This document shows, in pieces, positions 39,385-49,071 of a DNA stretch of 64,000 bases. A program made the position numbers and the translations under genes. The stretch lies in IMG/VR virus record IMGVR_UViG_3300042673_002246, one strand, 5' to 3'. The DNA comes from a virus. Position 1 is the first letter of the stretch; the number at the start of each line of letters is the position of its first letter. The notes below the pieces were generated by a model that worked only from the letters and a program-made list of their open reading frames with translations, did not search any database and was not told the origin of the DNA.

Positions 39385-40356
39385 CTAACAACAAATTGGG
39401 CCAAGTTTAGGGTCTATAAAGCATCCACCGCAGCATATTCCGCAATCAGGAGGAGGAGCAGGAGGCGGCGAAGGAGGCGGCGAAGGAGGCGGCGAAGGAG
39501 GCGGCGAAGGAGCTGGTGGTGTCACATAACCGCAAACGCCGTTTCTATAAGCTCCGTTGTAGCCACCCTCACCAGGGCAAGCTCCTCCACCACAAGTTCC
39601 GTATATGTAGTACTCGTAGCTCATTGTTCCGTCGCATGTCCAACCAAAACCGGCTGGGTCTAAATGTGAAAACTGACCGTATTGTCTTCTTGCTACACCA
39701 TCGCACGAGCATGGCGGAGGAGGTGGTGGCCCTGGGACCACTGGTGTTGCTCCACTTGAAACAGCTGACCTTGTACTCTGACCAGTAGCGTTGACTGCAA
39801 TAACTGTAAAATAGTATGCGGTTCCATTGCTTAATCCAGTAACGGTATAAGACGTGGATGTCGAACCAGTGTTTACAGAGTTTGACCAACTTTGAATAGC
39901 AGCAGATGATGTTGACCAGTAAACAATATAACTAGTAATAGCTGCACCGTTATTTGCTGGTTCGCTCCACGATACAGTTACTTGACCATTACCAGCAGAA
40001 ACAGTTGGTTGAGCTGGGGCAGTTGGAACTCCTGCAACAAGTGATGAAGATGAAGTTACAGCAGATAAAGATTCAACAGAAGACTGAGACTCAATTGTGA
40101 CTGCTGAAAACGTGTAGCTAACGCCATTGCTTAATCCAGTCAGAGACATGGACCCAGACGTTCCACTTGTGGCTTCAGAAACAGAACTTACACCAGTATT
40201 TGAAGTAACCCTGAATTTAACTGACCCAGATTTACCTTTGTAACCAGTGTGATTGACGACTATGTCGCTTGCACCTCCCAGGGCGTTTGGTACAACAGAT
40301 ATCGAGTCTGGTGGGTCAATAAACTTTCCACCACTGGCTTGATTGCCCGGAATCAC
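39385..40356 (-). CDS. FN3 virion protein with Pro/Cys-rich C-terminus (cassette 3 tip)
   Basis: Starts MIPG; two FN3-like domains; PPPPPP, (SPPP)4 and 12 Cys. Confidence 0.75.
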   Translation of the reverse strand: MIPGNQASGGKFIDPPDSISVVPNALGGASDIVVNHTGYKGKSGSVKFRVTSNTGVSSVSEATSGTSGSMSLTGLSNGVSYTFSAVTIESQSSVESLSAVTSSSSLVAGVPTAPAQPTVSAGNGQVTVSWSEPANNGAAITSYIVYWSTSSAAIQSWSNSVNTGSTSTSYTVTGLSNGTAYYFTVIAVNATGQSTRSAVSSGATPVVPGPPPPPPCSCDGVARRQYGQFSHLDPAGFGWTCDGTMSYEYYIYGTCGGGACPGEGGYNGAYRNGVCGYVTPPAPSPPPSPPPSPPPSPPPAPPPDCGICCGGCFIDPKLGPICC

Positions 40357-43300
40357 GATGCCGCCAAGTCACCTATAACAAACCACTCGTTTGCATTTTC
40401 TGTTTTGACTATTGTGCATGAAGAGTATCTTGCTCTTAGGAAAAGACCAGGAGTTGCCAAGAGCGTTACTCCAGCGCCTGCAAGAATTCTTGTCTTACCA
40501 GTTCCGCGCTGAACAATGGTGATGCTCGTACCAGTCACAAAAGCAACACTCGAAGCCGGTGGAACGGTCAGGTCATTGGCGGAGCTTGAATCCATAATGA
40601 TGATTGTTTCGGCAGCATCACCAGCAGCAAGTGTGTAGTTGCCGGCCTTTGCACTGAGTGTTTGAATACCCGTTGTTGAAACTGAGGCAGTAGAACCTTC
40701 GCCCTGTGTGTGGGAGATGGAAATTCCATTTCCAGCAGACACGTTGAGCATGTAGTTGCCAGTTGTATCTGTTCCAAGTTCAATACCGTTTGCCTTAATG
40801 GTAAATGGACCATCGCTGTAATCAAATTTACTGCCGTCGTACTGGATTATTCCTGGAGCGGTTGTGCTGGCCAAGCGATGCGTAGCAGCAGTTTTACCTG
40901 TTACTCGACCATAGGAATCGACTTCAACTCCCGTGAATATCATGCTGGCAGAATTGTTATCTTGGAAAGAATTGGATACTGATACGGTTGCAAGGTCGAT
41001 GTCGTCTGTGCTTACTACAATTCTTGAAGAATCAGCGGTTCCAATATTCAGTGCCGTTCCACTGAACGCCATTCCGTTACCCGCCATAACAACCTGTGCA
41101 GCATTGAATGCAGTGTATGTGATGTTGTCAGTTCCAATAACAATTGGACTTGTTGAACTGTTATTTATAAAACCATACCCAGCATTGGTATTGCCACCCA
41201 TAACAAAGCAGAAGTCTCCAGAAGCCATTTCTCCAGATATGCTATTGTCAGCATCTGTTGCTCTTGTTATTACCCAAGGAGCACTTGCGCTGCCGACTGC
41301 CGTAATAGTGTAGATACCATTTTGTTTTGAGTCAGTCTGCGATTTAACAAGAATTCTGCTTCCAACAACTACCGAGGCTCCATCAATAGTACCAATTGAA
41401 CCATTTGTTGCTTTTGTTAGAGTTGCACCAACGCCAGCAGTTCCGTTGTTGTATGTTCCAGCGAGGTTACCACTTGTTGCAGCAACCACTGATGCATGGA
41501 AGTTAATACCTGACGCGGCATTATCTACATACTGTTTTGTTGCTGCTTGAAGTGCTAAAGATGGGTCTGCGGCGAGTGTGACTGTTCCTGTTGCGGTAAC
41601 GTTTGAAAATGTGACAGAAGCAGAAGTGCCTACATCCTGTCCGATTGCAATGGTTGCGTTTGAACCTTCACCTGGAGTATGCGTGATTGTTACGCCAGTG
41701 CCCTGGGTAATGTCGGACATATAGTTTCCAACAGTGTCTGTTCCAAGGTTGATTGCGTCGTTGACCCATAGGGCTGAGGCGCTGTTGTACCGCAAGAATT
41801 GACCGTCGGTCACACCGTTGATTTTTACGTTGTGGAGTTCTTCAAGTTCGTATCCGTTTTGGCACTTGACATACATAATGCCGTTTCCATTGTTCGCCCT
41901 AGTGACAACACCAATAAAAACTAAGTGGTTTGGAGCGGTTGGTTTTGTTGTTGTAAAAGTTCCAGCCGTTGAGCCAAGCCAAAGAACATCGCCTGATGCA
42001 TAGGAGCCAAGAGACAGACCACTCACATATCCAAGTGTTGTTACTGCTACATCTGAACCTGCCGCCCCACCAACTGCAACAACTCCGACAGTTTTTGATG
42101 AAGTCGCTTCAGAGGAATTGGATGCTCTCTTTACAGAAGCCCTATCTCCAGCAGCCCCAAATAGATAAACTACTTCGCCGATACTCAAAGCATTTGCTTC
42201 AGCGTTCCTTGCATATGTAACAGTCGGGGCATACTCATTAACCCAGTTTGTTCCGTTGTAGGTTAATGACTGATGATTTAACGGGCTTGTGATTACAACA
42301 TCTGAAATTTCATCAAGGCTCACACCAGAGTTAACAACGCTTGCGCTGATGGTTATGTCTGTAGTTCCGTTAAAAGAAGCAGAACCGCTTAAGTCTCCAG
42401 CGAGCGAGATGGTTCGTGCGGTTTCTAACGCGCTTGCAGTAGACGCATTCCCAGTAACATCTCCTACGAGGTCTGCTGTTACATTTGCAAAAGTCACTGA
42501 AGCGGAAGTGCCAACAGCCTGTCCAATAGCAACCGTTGGACTTGAGCCTTCACCAGGAGTATGCGTTACCGTGACACCAGTGCCTGCGGTTAGGTCGTTT
42601 ACATAGTTGCCAGTTGTATCAACACCCAGGGCGATGCTGTTCGGCTGAAGCGTTGTTGAGATATTTACGCTTGCAGAACCATCGAACATGACCGAGCCAG
42701 AAACATCTCCACTCAATGCGATTATGTGGGAACCAAACAAATTTGAAACAGTGTCGTTGTACCAGTCAAGGCCGTCAAATGCTAAAACATCGCCAGCGTT
42801 TGCGTTGTCAATGTATACATTGTCCAGTTCTTCAACTGTTAGGAATTCTGGTGTGAGCGTTACCTGAATCCACGAACCTGAGTAATATGTATAAAGTTCA
42901 AGTTCGCTTGAGTTATACCAAAAGTCGCCGACTCTTATCTCGTCAGTAGGTTCCGTGTCAGAGACTGTAATGAAGTGGATTGTTTCGTTAATCCAAGCAG
43001 AAGCAGAGTTCTTGTAAACAAGGAAATCACCCTCTTCTACGTTGTTAATTGTTACATCACCAATGTCATTGAGGCTGTTGATTGTTGGTATTGACGCCCA
43101 CTCAACTCCAGCAGATGCTGAGCTACTTGCTTTTAGGAAGTAGCCTTCTGCTCCAACACCCAAACGAAGAAGATTGGTTCCATCAGTAACGAGCAAGTCG
43201 CCTTTGGTGGTGAGTTTGCTTACAAGTTCGTTTGCTTCGTCTGCGTCATTGGCGGTGAATACTGGGTAAATAACCGAACCAATTGGGTGCTCGGATGCGG

Positions 43301-43532
43301 TGGTGTCGTCTTGGGCTCTTGTCAGGGTTAGGGTTGAGCCAGAAATCGTTGCCAAACACTTTTCTTCATATATCGAAGATGGTCGGATTACTACGTAAAA
43401 CGGGATGCCAGCAATGGATGGCCATCCAGTTGTTGCCGCAATGTCAACAGTTGTGCCAACGTTCGTCAGCAGCGTTGTTGTCGTCGTGTTGCGCGCTGCA
43501 CCCGAATATTGTTTGCGTGTAAATGCTGCCAT
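40353..43532 (-). CDS. Long tail fibre protein with shared C-terminal domain (cassette 3 fibre)
   Basis: 1059 aa; DTTGNY modules, ATKQYVD; ends RARYSSCTIVKTENANEWFVIGDL. Confidence 0.75.
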   Translation of the reverse strand: MAAFTRKQYSGAARNTTTTTLLTNVGTTVDIAATTGWPSIAGIPFYVVIRPSSIYEEKCLATISGSTLTLTRAQDDTTASEHPIGSVIYPVFTANDADEANELVSKLTTKGDLLVTDGTNLLRLGVGAEGYFLKASSSASAGVEWASIPTINSLNDIGDVTINNVEEGDFLVYKNSASAWINETIHFITVSDTEPTDEIRVGDFWYNSSELELYTYYSGSWIQVTLTPEFLTVEELDNVYIDNANAGDVLAFDGLDWYNDTVSNLFGSHIIALSGDVSGSVMFDGSASVNISTTLQPNSIALGVDTTGNYVNDLTAGTGVTVTHTPGEGSSPTVAIGQAVGTSASVTFANVTADLVGDVTGNASTASALETARTISLAGDLSGSASFNGTTDITISASVVNSGVSLDEISDVVITSPLNHQSLTYNGTNWVNEYAPTVTYARNAEANALSIGEVVYLFGAAGDRASVKRASNSSEATSSKTVGVVAVGGAAGSDVAVTTLGYVSGLSLGSYASGDVLWLGSTAGTFTTTKPTAPNHLVFIGVVTRANNGNGIMYVKCQNGYELEELHNVKINGVTDGQFLRYNSASALWVNDAINLGTDTVGNYMSDITQGTGVTITHTPGEGSNATIAIGQDVGTSASVTFSNVTATGTVTLAADPSLALQAATKQYVDNAASGINFHASVVAATSGNLAGTYNNGTAGVGATLTKATNGSIGTIDGASVVVGSRILVKSQTDSKQNGIYTITAVGSASAPWVITRATDADNSISGEMASGDFCFVMGGNTNAGYGFINNSSTSPIVIGTDNITYTAFNAAQVVMAGNGMAFSGTALNIGTADSSRIVVSTDDIDLATVSVSNSFQDNNSASMIFTGVEVDSYGRVTGKTAATHRLASTTAPGIIQYDGSKFDYSDGPFTIKANGIELGTDTTGNYMLNVSAGNGISISHTQGEGSTASVSTTGIQTLSAKAGNYTLAAGDAAETIIIMDSSSANDLTVPPASSVAFVTGTSITIVQRGTGKTRILAGAGVTLLATPGLFLRARYSSCTIVKTENANEWFVIGDLAAS

Positions 43533-43555
43533 GATTACTCCTAGTTTACTTCATC

Positions 43556-46279
43556 TCAACTAATGAGAGCCTGAATACCCCAGTATCCAGCTGTAATTCC
43601 CTGGATTGGGTCTGTGTCATAACTTGCTGTTTCGCTTGAATGGCCTGTTCCACTCGCGGTTCTTGGTGCGGTGTGCAATCCAACTGCAGTGTCTCCTGCG
43701 GTTGCTCCACCTTGACCAGTTGCAGTAAGCGGTGTTGTTATTAATTGCGTTACTGATTGAGAACTCTGACCACTTGCTGATGCGGTTCTAATAATCGTTA
43801 GCAATTGAGCTAATGATGATGAACCAGTTCCATTTCCACTTGCGCCTCTTGGTGCAGTATGCAAACCGTTCGCTTCATCGCCAGCCGCGGCCCCACCAAA
43901 TGCTGTTGCCTGACGGAGATTGCTGTGAAGACTTGAGGCAAATGAACCGCTTGTTCCGGAACCATTTGCATTTCGGAGATGTGAATGCAACCCAACTGCT
44001 TCGTCGCCAGCTGTTGCAGAACCAGTACCCAAAGCTGTCCTGAGGTTTGAGTACAAGATGGTGTTGTTTGAATTTCCAAAACCAGAACCAGAAGCGGTTC
44101 TGATAAATGTTGTGACGATTGATGTCGCCGAATCTCCAGTTCCATTTCCATCTGCTGTTCTTGGTGCAATATGAAGACCATTTGCTGTATCGCCTGCAGT
44201 CGCACCGCCAGAAGCAGTTGCTGAACGAAGATTGCTTTGTAGAGTCGCATTGCTTGAACCGCTTATTCCATTGCCGGTTGCAGTTCTTGGTGCTGTATGC
44301 AGGCCAACTGCAGTATCTCCAGCTGTGGCAGAACCAGAACCAGTAGCAGCTCTTGGTGCAACGTGTAGACCAGTTGCTGTTTGACTTGATGTTCCAACAG
44401 ATACAGATGTTCTATAAAGAATCTTGAATTCATTCGTGCTCTCCGTGCCAGAGCCAGAACCAGTTGCGTTTCTTGGAGCTGTGTGCAGGCCAACTGCTTC
44501 GTCTCCAGCTGTCGCTCCACCTGATGCACTTGCGGAACGAAGATTGGTATAAAGGATTGAGGCACTAGAGCCACCAGTCCCTTCGCCAGTTGCCGTTCGA
44601 GGTGCGGTGTGCAATCCAATGGCTTCATCGCCAGCTGTTGCCGAACCAGAACCTTGAGCAGTTCTAATATTCGAATATAGAACCGAGTTGTTGGATGAAC
44701 CAAGTCCAGAACCGTTTGCAGTACGAATGAAAGTAGTGATAATTGAAGTCGATGAATCACCAGAGCCAGAACCGTCTGCAGTTCTTGGTGCAATATGTAG
44801 TCCGTCTGAACTTTCAAAACTCTGACCAGAAGCATTCGCTGTTCTAACAGGAGTCTTAATTGAAGACGAAGTTGAAGAGCCATCACCATCTCCGCTTGCG
44901 GTTCGGATTGAGGTATGAAGGATGAGTGCTTCATCGTTGGCGGTCGCACCACCGTCTCCGTATGCAGTTCTCAGTTTTCCGTACCTGAAAGATGCAAGCG
45001 AGTCAGAGACCCCTGATGCAGAACCGGTTCTATGAACAGTTCGCAATTCACTAGATGTTGACGAACCGACACCATTGGCAGATGCAGTTCTGAAGAATGT
45101 TGCTCTTTCTTCAGATACAGATGAACCTGCCCCATCAGCAGTTGCTGCTCTTGGTGCAGTGTGCAGTCCTGTCGCCGTATCTCCGGCAGTAGCCGAACCA
45201 GAACCATATGCCGTTCTGAGATTTGAATGAACAATTGCGTTATTTGACGAACCAGTTCCAGAAGCAGATGCTGTTCTGAGATGGGTGAACAGTTGAGAAA
45301 CTGATGAATCTCCATCACCAGAACCGCTTGCTGTTCTTGGTGATGTGTGTAGACCATCTGAAGACTCAGATGACTGTCCTGCAGCAGAAGCTGTTCTAAC
45401 AGGTGTCTTGAACGAAGATGAATTTTCAGAACCGCTTCCAGAAGCACTTGCGGTTCTAAGGCTTGAATGAAGAATTAGGGCAGTGTCACCTGCGGTTGCA
45501 GAACCTGAACCTTGAGCGGTTCTAAGGTTTGAGTAGAGAATTGAGTTGTTAGATGTTCCAGAACCACTAGCTGAAGCAGTCCGGAGATGGGTATGTAGGG
45601 CGAGAACAAGCGAGTCGCCATTTCCTGAACCAGTAACACTTCTTGGGGAAATAATGAGTCGTATTGCAGACTCGTTTGACTGGCCGGATGCGCTTGCCGT
45701 TCTTGGCGAGGTGTGTAGACCAATAGCGGTTGAATTGCTCGTTGCGGAACCAGTTGCGGAAACAACGGATGTTCTAACTCTGGTTGAAGATTCGCTTGAT
45801 GTCCCAGACCCAGATGCGCTTCTTGGCGCGGTGTGTAGGCCAATTGCCGAATCTCCAGGCGTGGCACCACCACTAGCAGTTGCAGACCTAAGGAACGTAA
45901 TGACTTCGCTAAGGTTGGACGAGGAGCCCGTTGCACTTCCAGATGCCGTTCTTGGTGAGGTATGCAAGCCGTCGGCAGTGCTATCTCCATTCGCAGAAGC
46001 AGACGCTTGACGTGGTGCAGTGTGAAGTCCAATCGCTTGGTCCCCAGCTGTTGCGGAGCCAGAACCAGTTGCGCCACGTGGTGATACATGGAGCGAGATG
46101 ACTGTATGACTGGATATGCCAGACGCTGACGCAGTCCGTATTGCCGTATGAAGTTGGGATACGGAAGAAGAACCACTGCCAGCAGCGGAGGCATTCTCCG
46201 ATACTGTTTTAAATCCTACATAGAACGACGAGGTCCCTCGGAATGGTTCCGAGAAACCAATTATCTCTTGTTCATCCAT
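43556..46279 (-). CDS. Repeat-rich virion fibre-like protein (about 40 repeats of 21-23 aa)
   Basis: GLHTAPRTASGSGSATAGD-type repeats along almost the whole length. Confidence 0.7.
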   Translation of the reverse strand: MDEQEIIGFSEPFRGTSSFYVGFKTVSENASAAGSGSSSVSQLHTAIRTASASGISSHTVISLHVSPRGATGSGSATAGDQAIGLHTAPRQASASANGDSTADGLHTSPRTASGSATGSSSNLSEVITFLRSATASGGATPGDSAIGLHTAPRSASGSGTSSESSTRVRTSVVSATGSATSNSTAIGLHTSPRTASASGQSNESAIRLIISPRSVTGSGNGDSLVLALHTHLRTASASGSGTSNNSILYSNLRTAQGSGSATAGDTALILHSSLRTASASGSGSENSSSFKTPVRTASAAGQSSESSDGLHTSPRTASGSGDGDSSVSQLFTHLRTASASGTGSSNNAIVHSNLRTAYGSGSATAGDTATGLHTAPRAATADGAGSSVSEERATFFRTASANGVGSSTSSELRTVHRTGSASGVSDSLASFRYGKLRTAYGDGGATANDEALILHTSIRTASGDGDGSSTSSSIKTPVRTANASGQSFESSDGLHIAPRTADGSGSGDSSTSIITTFIRTANGSGLGSSNNSVLYSNIRTAQGSGSATAGDEAIGLHTAPRTATGEGTGGSSASILYTNLRSASASGGATAGDEAVGLHTAPRNATGSGSGTESTNEFKILYRTSVSVGTSSQTATGLHVAPRAATGSGSATAGDTAVGLHTAPRTATGNGISGSSNATLQSNLRSATASGGATAGDTANGLHIAPRTADGNGTGDSATSIVTTFIRTASGSGFGNSNNTILYSNLRTALGTGSATAGDEAVGLHSHLRNANGSGTSGSFASSLHSNLRQATAFGGAAAGDEANGLHTAPRGASGNGTGSSSLAQLLTIIRTASASGQSSQSVTQLITTPLTATGQGGATAGDTAVGLHTAPRTASGTGHSSETASYDTDPIQGITAGYWGIQALIS

Positions 46280-46300
46280 GAGGGGTTACTCCCCTCTGGC

Positions 46301-46669
46301 TTACTCGAGTGTCAGCGTAAGGGAAGTGATTTCGAACGTGTCGCCAGCAGTAACTGAAGCGTTCGCAGAAAGAGCACCGTACCAGAGGCAGTTACCAGCA
46401 GTTGAGTTATCCCACAGCGACCAGTGCGAGTATGTCTCTGTAGCAGCAACGAGCGTCCACTCAACAGTTGCAGTTGATGTCTTTGAGCCACCAGAAGCGG
46501 CACCAAAAGAAACTGCCTTGCGTGTTGTCTCGGTTGCTGGGTTGCCAGTTCCGTTTTCGCCTGGGTCTCCAAGATGAAGCTTGAGATAAGTAGCAGAAGC
46601 CGAGTATGCAGAACCCGAACCGTCCAAGGTATCGAGTAGCTCGTTTTCTAGGAAGTTTGAAATTGTCAT
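46301..46669 (-). CDS. Virion structural protein (minor tail-like)
   Basis: SNFLENELLD...YLKLHLGDPGE...GDTF. Confidence 0.65.
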   Translation of the reverse strand: MTISNFLENELLDTLDGSGSAYSASATYLKLHLGDPGENGTGNPATETTRKAVSFGAASGGSKTSTATVEWTLVAATETYSHWSLWDNSTAGNCLWYGALSANASVTAGDTFEITSLTLTLE

Positions 46670-46725
46670 GTGATTGATACCTTTTTGCTAGGGACCGGTT
46701 AATACCGCTTGCTACAAGAATACAC

Positions 46726-47163
46726 CTAAGGGGTGAACTCTATTTGAACTGATAGGTCGGCCCCTGGATTTAATGACCCTATTTGGTCAATGTCAACTGT
46801 TAAATAATCACCAGTCGTCAATTCCGTAACGTTTGGTGTTGAAGTTGAGACGAGAGTTTGTCCTGCAAAAATTTTTGGCCTGCTTGCCTGGGTAGTGAAT
46901 ATTGTCGTTCCGTTTTTGTTCACGTCTATCACTAGGTCAGACCCGGTCGGTGCGGTACCAACCGAAGCTCTTACGTTCCCGATTGTTATTGGGCCAGGAA
47001 TGTAAAATTTTGCTCTTCCCGTCCCGGTGCTCAATGTTCCCGGAACAGTGAATACCTGAACTTGATACGTAAACTGTTGAACACCGGGTGCGCGTGTCGT
47101 GGTAACAAGAACTCGGTTTGGGATTTCAGTTGTGATTACTTGGACTACGTTTTCGCCTGTCAT
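46726..47163 (-). CDS. Virion structural protein
   Basis: VGTAPTGSDLVIDVNKNGTTIF...GDYLTVDIDQIGS. Confidence 0.6.
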   Translation of the reverse strand: MTGENVVQVITTEIPNRVLVTTTRAPGVQQFTYQVQVFTVPGTLSTGTGRAKFYIPGPITIGNVRASVGTAPTGSDLVIDVNKNGTTIFTTQASRPKIFAGQTLVSTSTPNVTELTTGDYLTVDIDQIGSLNPGADLSVQIEFTP

Positions 47164-47570
47164 CGCGTCACCTCTTGTGAAAGAATGAAGTCGCCCTGCA
47201 GTATTCTGTCTATTTCGTTTGTTGGCGAGATTATTTCAATGTCGTAAACACCAGACATGGTTATTGCTCGGGTGTCCTCGGCCCTTATAAAAAGGGTTAT
47301 CGTTCCATCCTCCGGGTCTGGGTTGCCGAGCGTAATTCTATTTGTAGCAAGATTCTGGGTCGTCAGTTCTGTAATTGTTGTTGCCGACTCCATATATCTT
47401 CTGACTTGCATTCTTGCGGTATACCCGGTGAGGTCCCACGGAAGAAACTCTGGGCACACCTCAGCTCCGCCGCAGCCATTGGCGTAGTCAGGATTTGTGT
47501 ACTGCAGCGTCAATTGAAGGTCAAAAGTTGACCCTTGCTGACAAGTGATGTTGTATCTTCCCGCGACCAT
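47160..47570 (-). CDS. Virion structural protein (BppU-like Ig fold)
   Basis: YNITCQQGSTF, DLTGYTARMQVR, GVYDIEI, RILQG; GGAGAAAG RBS before ATG 47570. Confidence 0.65.
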   Translation of the reverse strand: MVAGRYNITCQQGSTFDLQLTLQYTNPDYANGCGGAEVCPEFLPWDLTGYTARMQVRRYMESATTITELTTQNLATNRITLGNPDPEDGTITLFIRAEDTRAITMSGVYDIEIISPTNEIDRILQGDFILSQEVTR

Positions 47571-47643
47571 TGACACGGCTTTCTCCAATCATTGACCTAC
47601 AAGATTGTAGATGAGAACACGCCGGGCTGGTCGGCAATCCGCC

Positions 47644-47862
47644 TTACAAAACTGAAGCGGAGTCCTTATTTGGCCCAACCTTCTTGAGACCCATGCTCAT
47701 CGCGACCGACAAGGCAACGGCAACAACGCCAACTTTTAGGTTTGAAGCATTAACTAGCCCGTCAAAATCTGCTCCGGTGGCCAGCCATGAGCCAAGGTAA
47801 CCCTGGGCAAATGTTCTTGCTGCTCTCTCAACAACGTCTTTCATGAATGCTTGATTCATCAT
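47644..47862 (-). CDS. Holin (r1t-like)
   Basis: VERAARTFAQ motif and two hydrophobic segments. Confidence 0.7.
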   Translation of the reverse strand: MMNQAFMKDVVERAARTFAQGYLGSWLATGADFDGLVNASNLKVGVVAVALSVAMSMGLKKVGPNKDSASVL

Positions 47863-47979
47863 GTTCTCCCATTTTTGAATAGATGACACAACAATAATAT
47901 CACATGTATTTTTTTATTCGCCGTGAACCAATTACTGCTCTCGCTGCGCTATTTATAAATTAGTATCTTTAAAACGCCT

Positions 47980-49071
47980 ATGAAAAAACCACAAAAACCA
48001 ACAATCGCATTTCTTACCCATGACTGGTCGTGGGGAACGAACCCACTACAACCAAATGGGTGTGCTTGGTATAGGTGTAAGTTGCCTGCGGATGAATTGA
48101 ATAAGCGTGGCTGGTTTTCTTCTGTTGGATTCCCAGGTTTCACAACACAGCGTGGTTTCGGAATGCTTGTCGAAGGAGATAAAGCAGTTCACGGTTGGGA
48201 CATTATAGTTTTTAAATTATTGATGCAACAAGAAGTACTAGATGCCATGCCACTTGCCCGTGCGATGGGTCAAAAAATCGTAGTTGATGTTGACGATTGG
48301 TTTGATGGGTTGTCTGAATCAAATAGGGCTTTTGAGGCAACACATCCAGATAAAAATCCAAAATCAAATCGCGAAATATATTCTAAAATAATTCTTTCTG
48401 CTGACGCCGTAATCACATCAACGCCATTCTTGTTCGACTACTACGCAAAACAACGAGATAATGTTTTTCTCGTCCGAAACGGGATAGACCTGCCTAGGTG
48501 GCAAAAAAAACAATTTCGCTCGAATAAAAAAACAAAAGTTGGCTGGGTTGGAGCTACGCATTGGCGCTCAAACGACCTAGAGCAATTATCTCCATTTCTT
48601 GGACAATACCTAGAGATAAGAAATCTTGGATTTCATCACTCCGGACACAGCACCACTGCGCCACAGGCAAACCATATGTTTGGCATTCCTGATTCAATTA
48701 CGAAAATGTCGCCAATGGTTCCAATTCTTTCGTACCCATCACTTTTTCAACACATTGACATTGGGCTGATACCGCTGAACAACATCTCTTTCAATCATGC
48801 AAAATCTTTTATTAAGGGACTGGAATATGCTGCAGCTGGTGTGCCTTTTGTTTCATCCTATTCGCCTGAATATGAGCTCCTTGCCAACCAGGGGATAGGA
48901 CGGGTTGCTCGTTCAACGTCTGAATGGGTTTATCATTTAGATGAGCTCCTCGACGCAAGAATGAGAAAAGATGAAATCGACGAAAATTACGAACTTCTTA
49001 AAGATTTCACCATGGATAAGCGTGGTGACGACTGGGATGCAACGTTTCGCGTAATATTGGAGAAGATATGA
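47980..49071 (+). CDS. Glycosyltransferase (GT-B, GT4-like)
   Basis: VDVDD, ADAVITST, VGWVG, DIGLIPL...KSFIKGLEYAAAGVP. Confidence 0.85.
   Translation: MKKPQKPTIAFLTHDWSWGTNPLQPNGCAWYRCKLPADELNKRGWFSSVGFPGFTTQRGFGMLVEGDKAVHGWDIIVFKLLMQQEVLDAMPLARAMGQKIVVDVDDWFDGLSESNRAFEATHPDKNPKSNREIYSKIILSADAVITSTPFLFDYYAKQRDNVFLVRNGIDLPRWQKKQFRSNKKTKVGWVGATHWRSNDLEQLSPFLGQYLEIRNLGFHHSGHSTTAPQANHMFGIPDSITKMSPMVPILSYPSLFQHIDIGLIPLNNISFNHAKSFIKGLEYAAAGVPFVSSYSPEYELLANQGIGRVARSTSEWVYHLDELLDARMRKDEIDENYELLKDFTMDKRGDDWDATFRVILEKI

Noticed and set aside
39373-39663. Poly-Arg ORF
   Set aside because: Antisense of the SPPP repeat.
43810-46194. Several long Leu/Gln-rich alternative-frame ORFs
   Set aside because: Frame shadows of the repeat protein 43556-46279.
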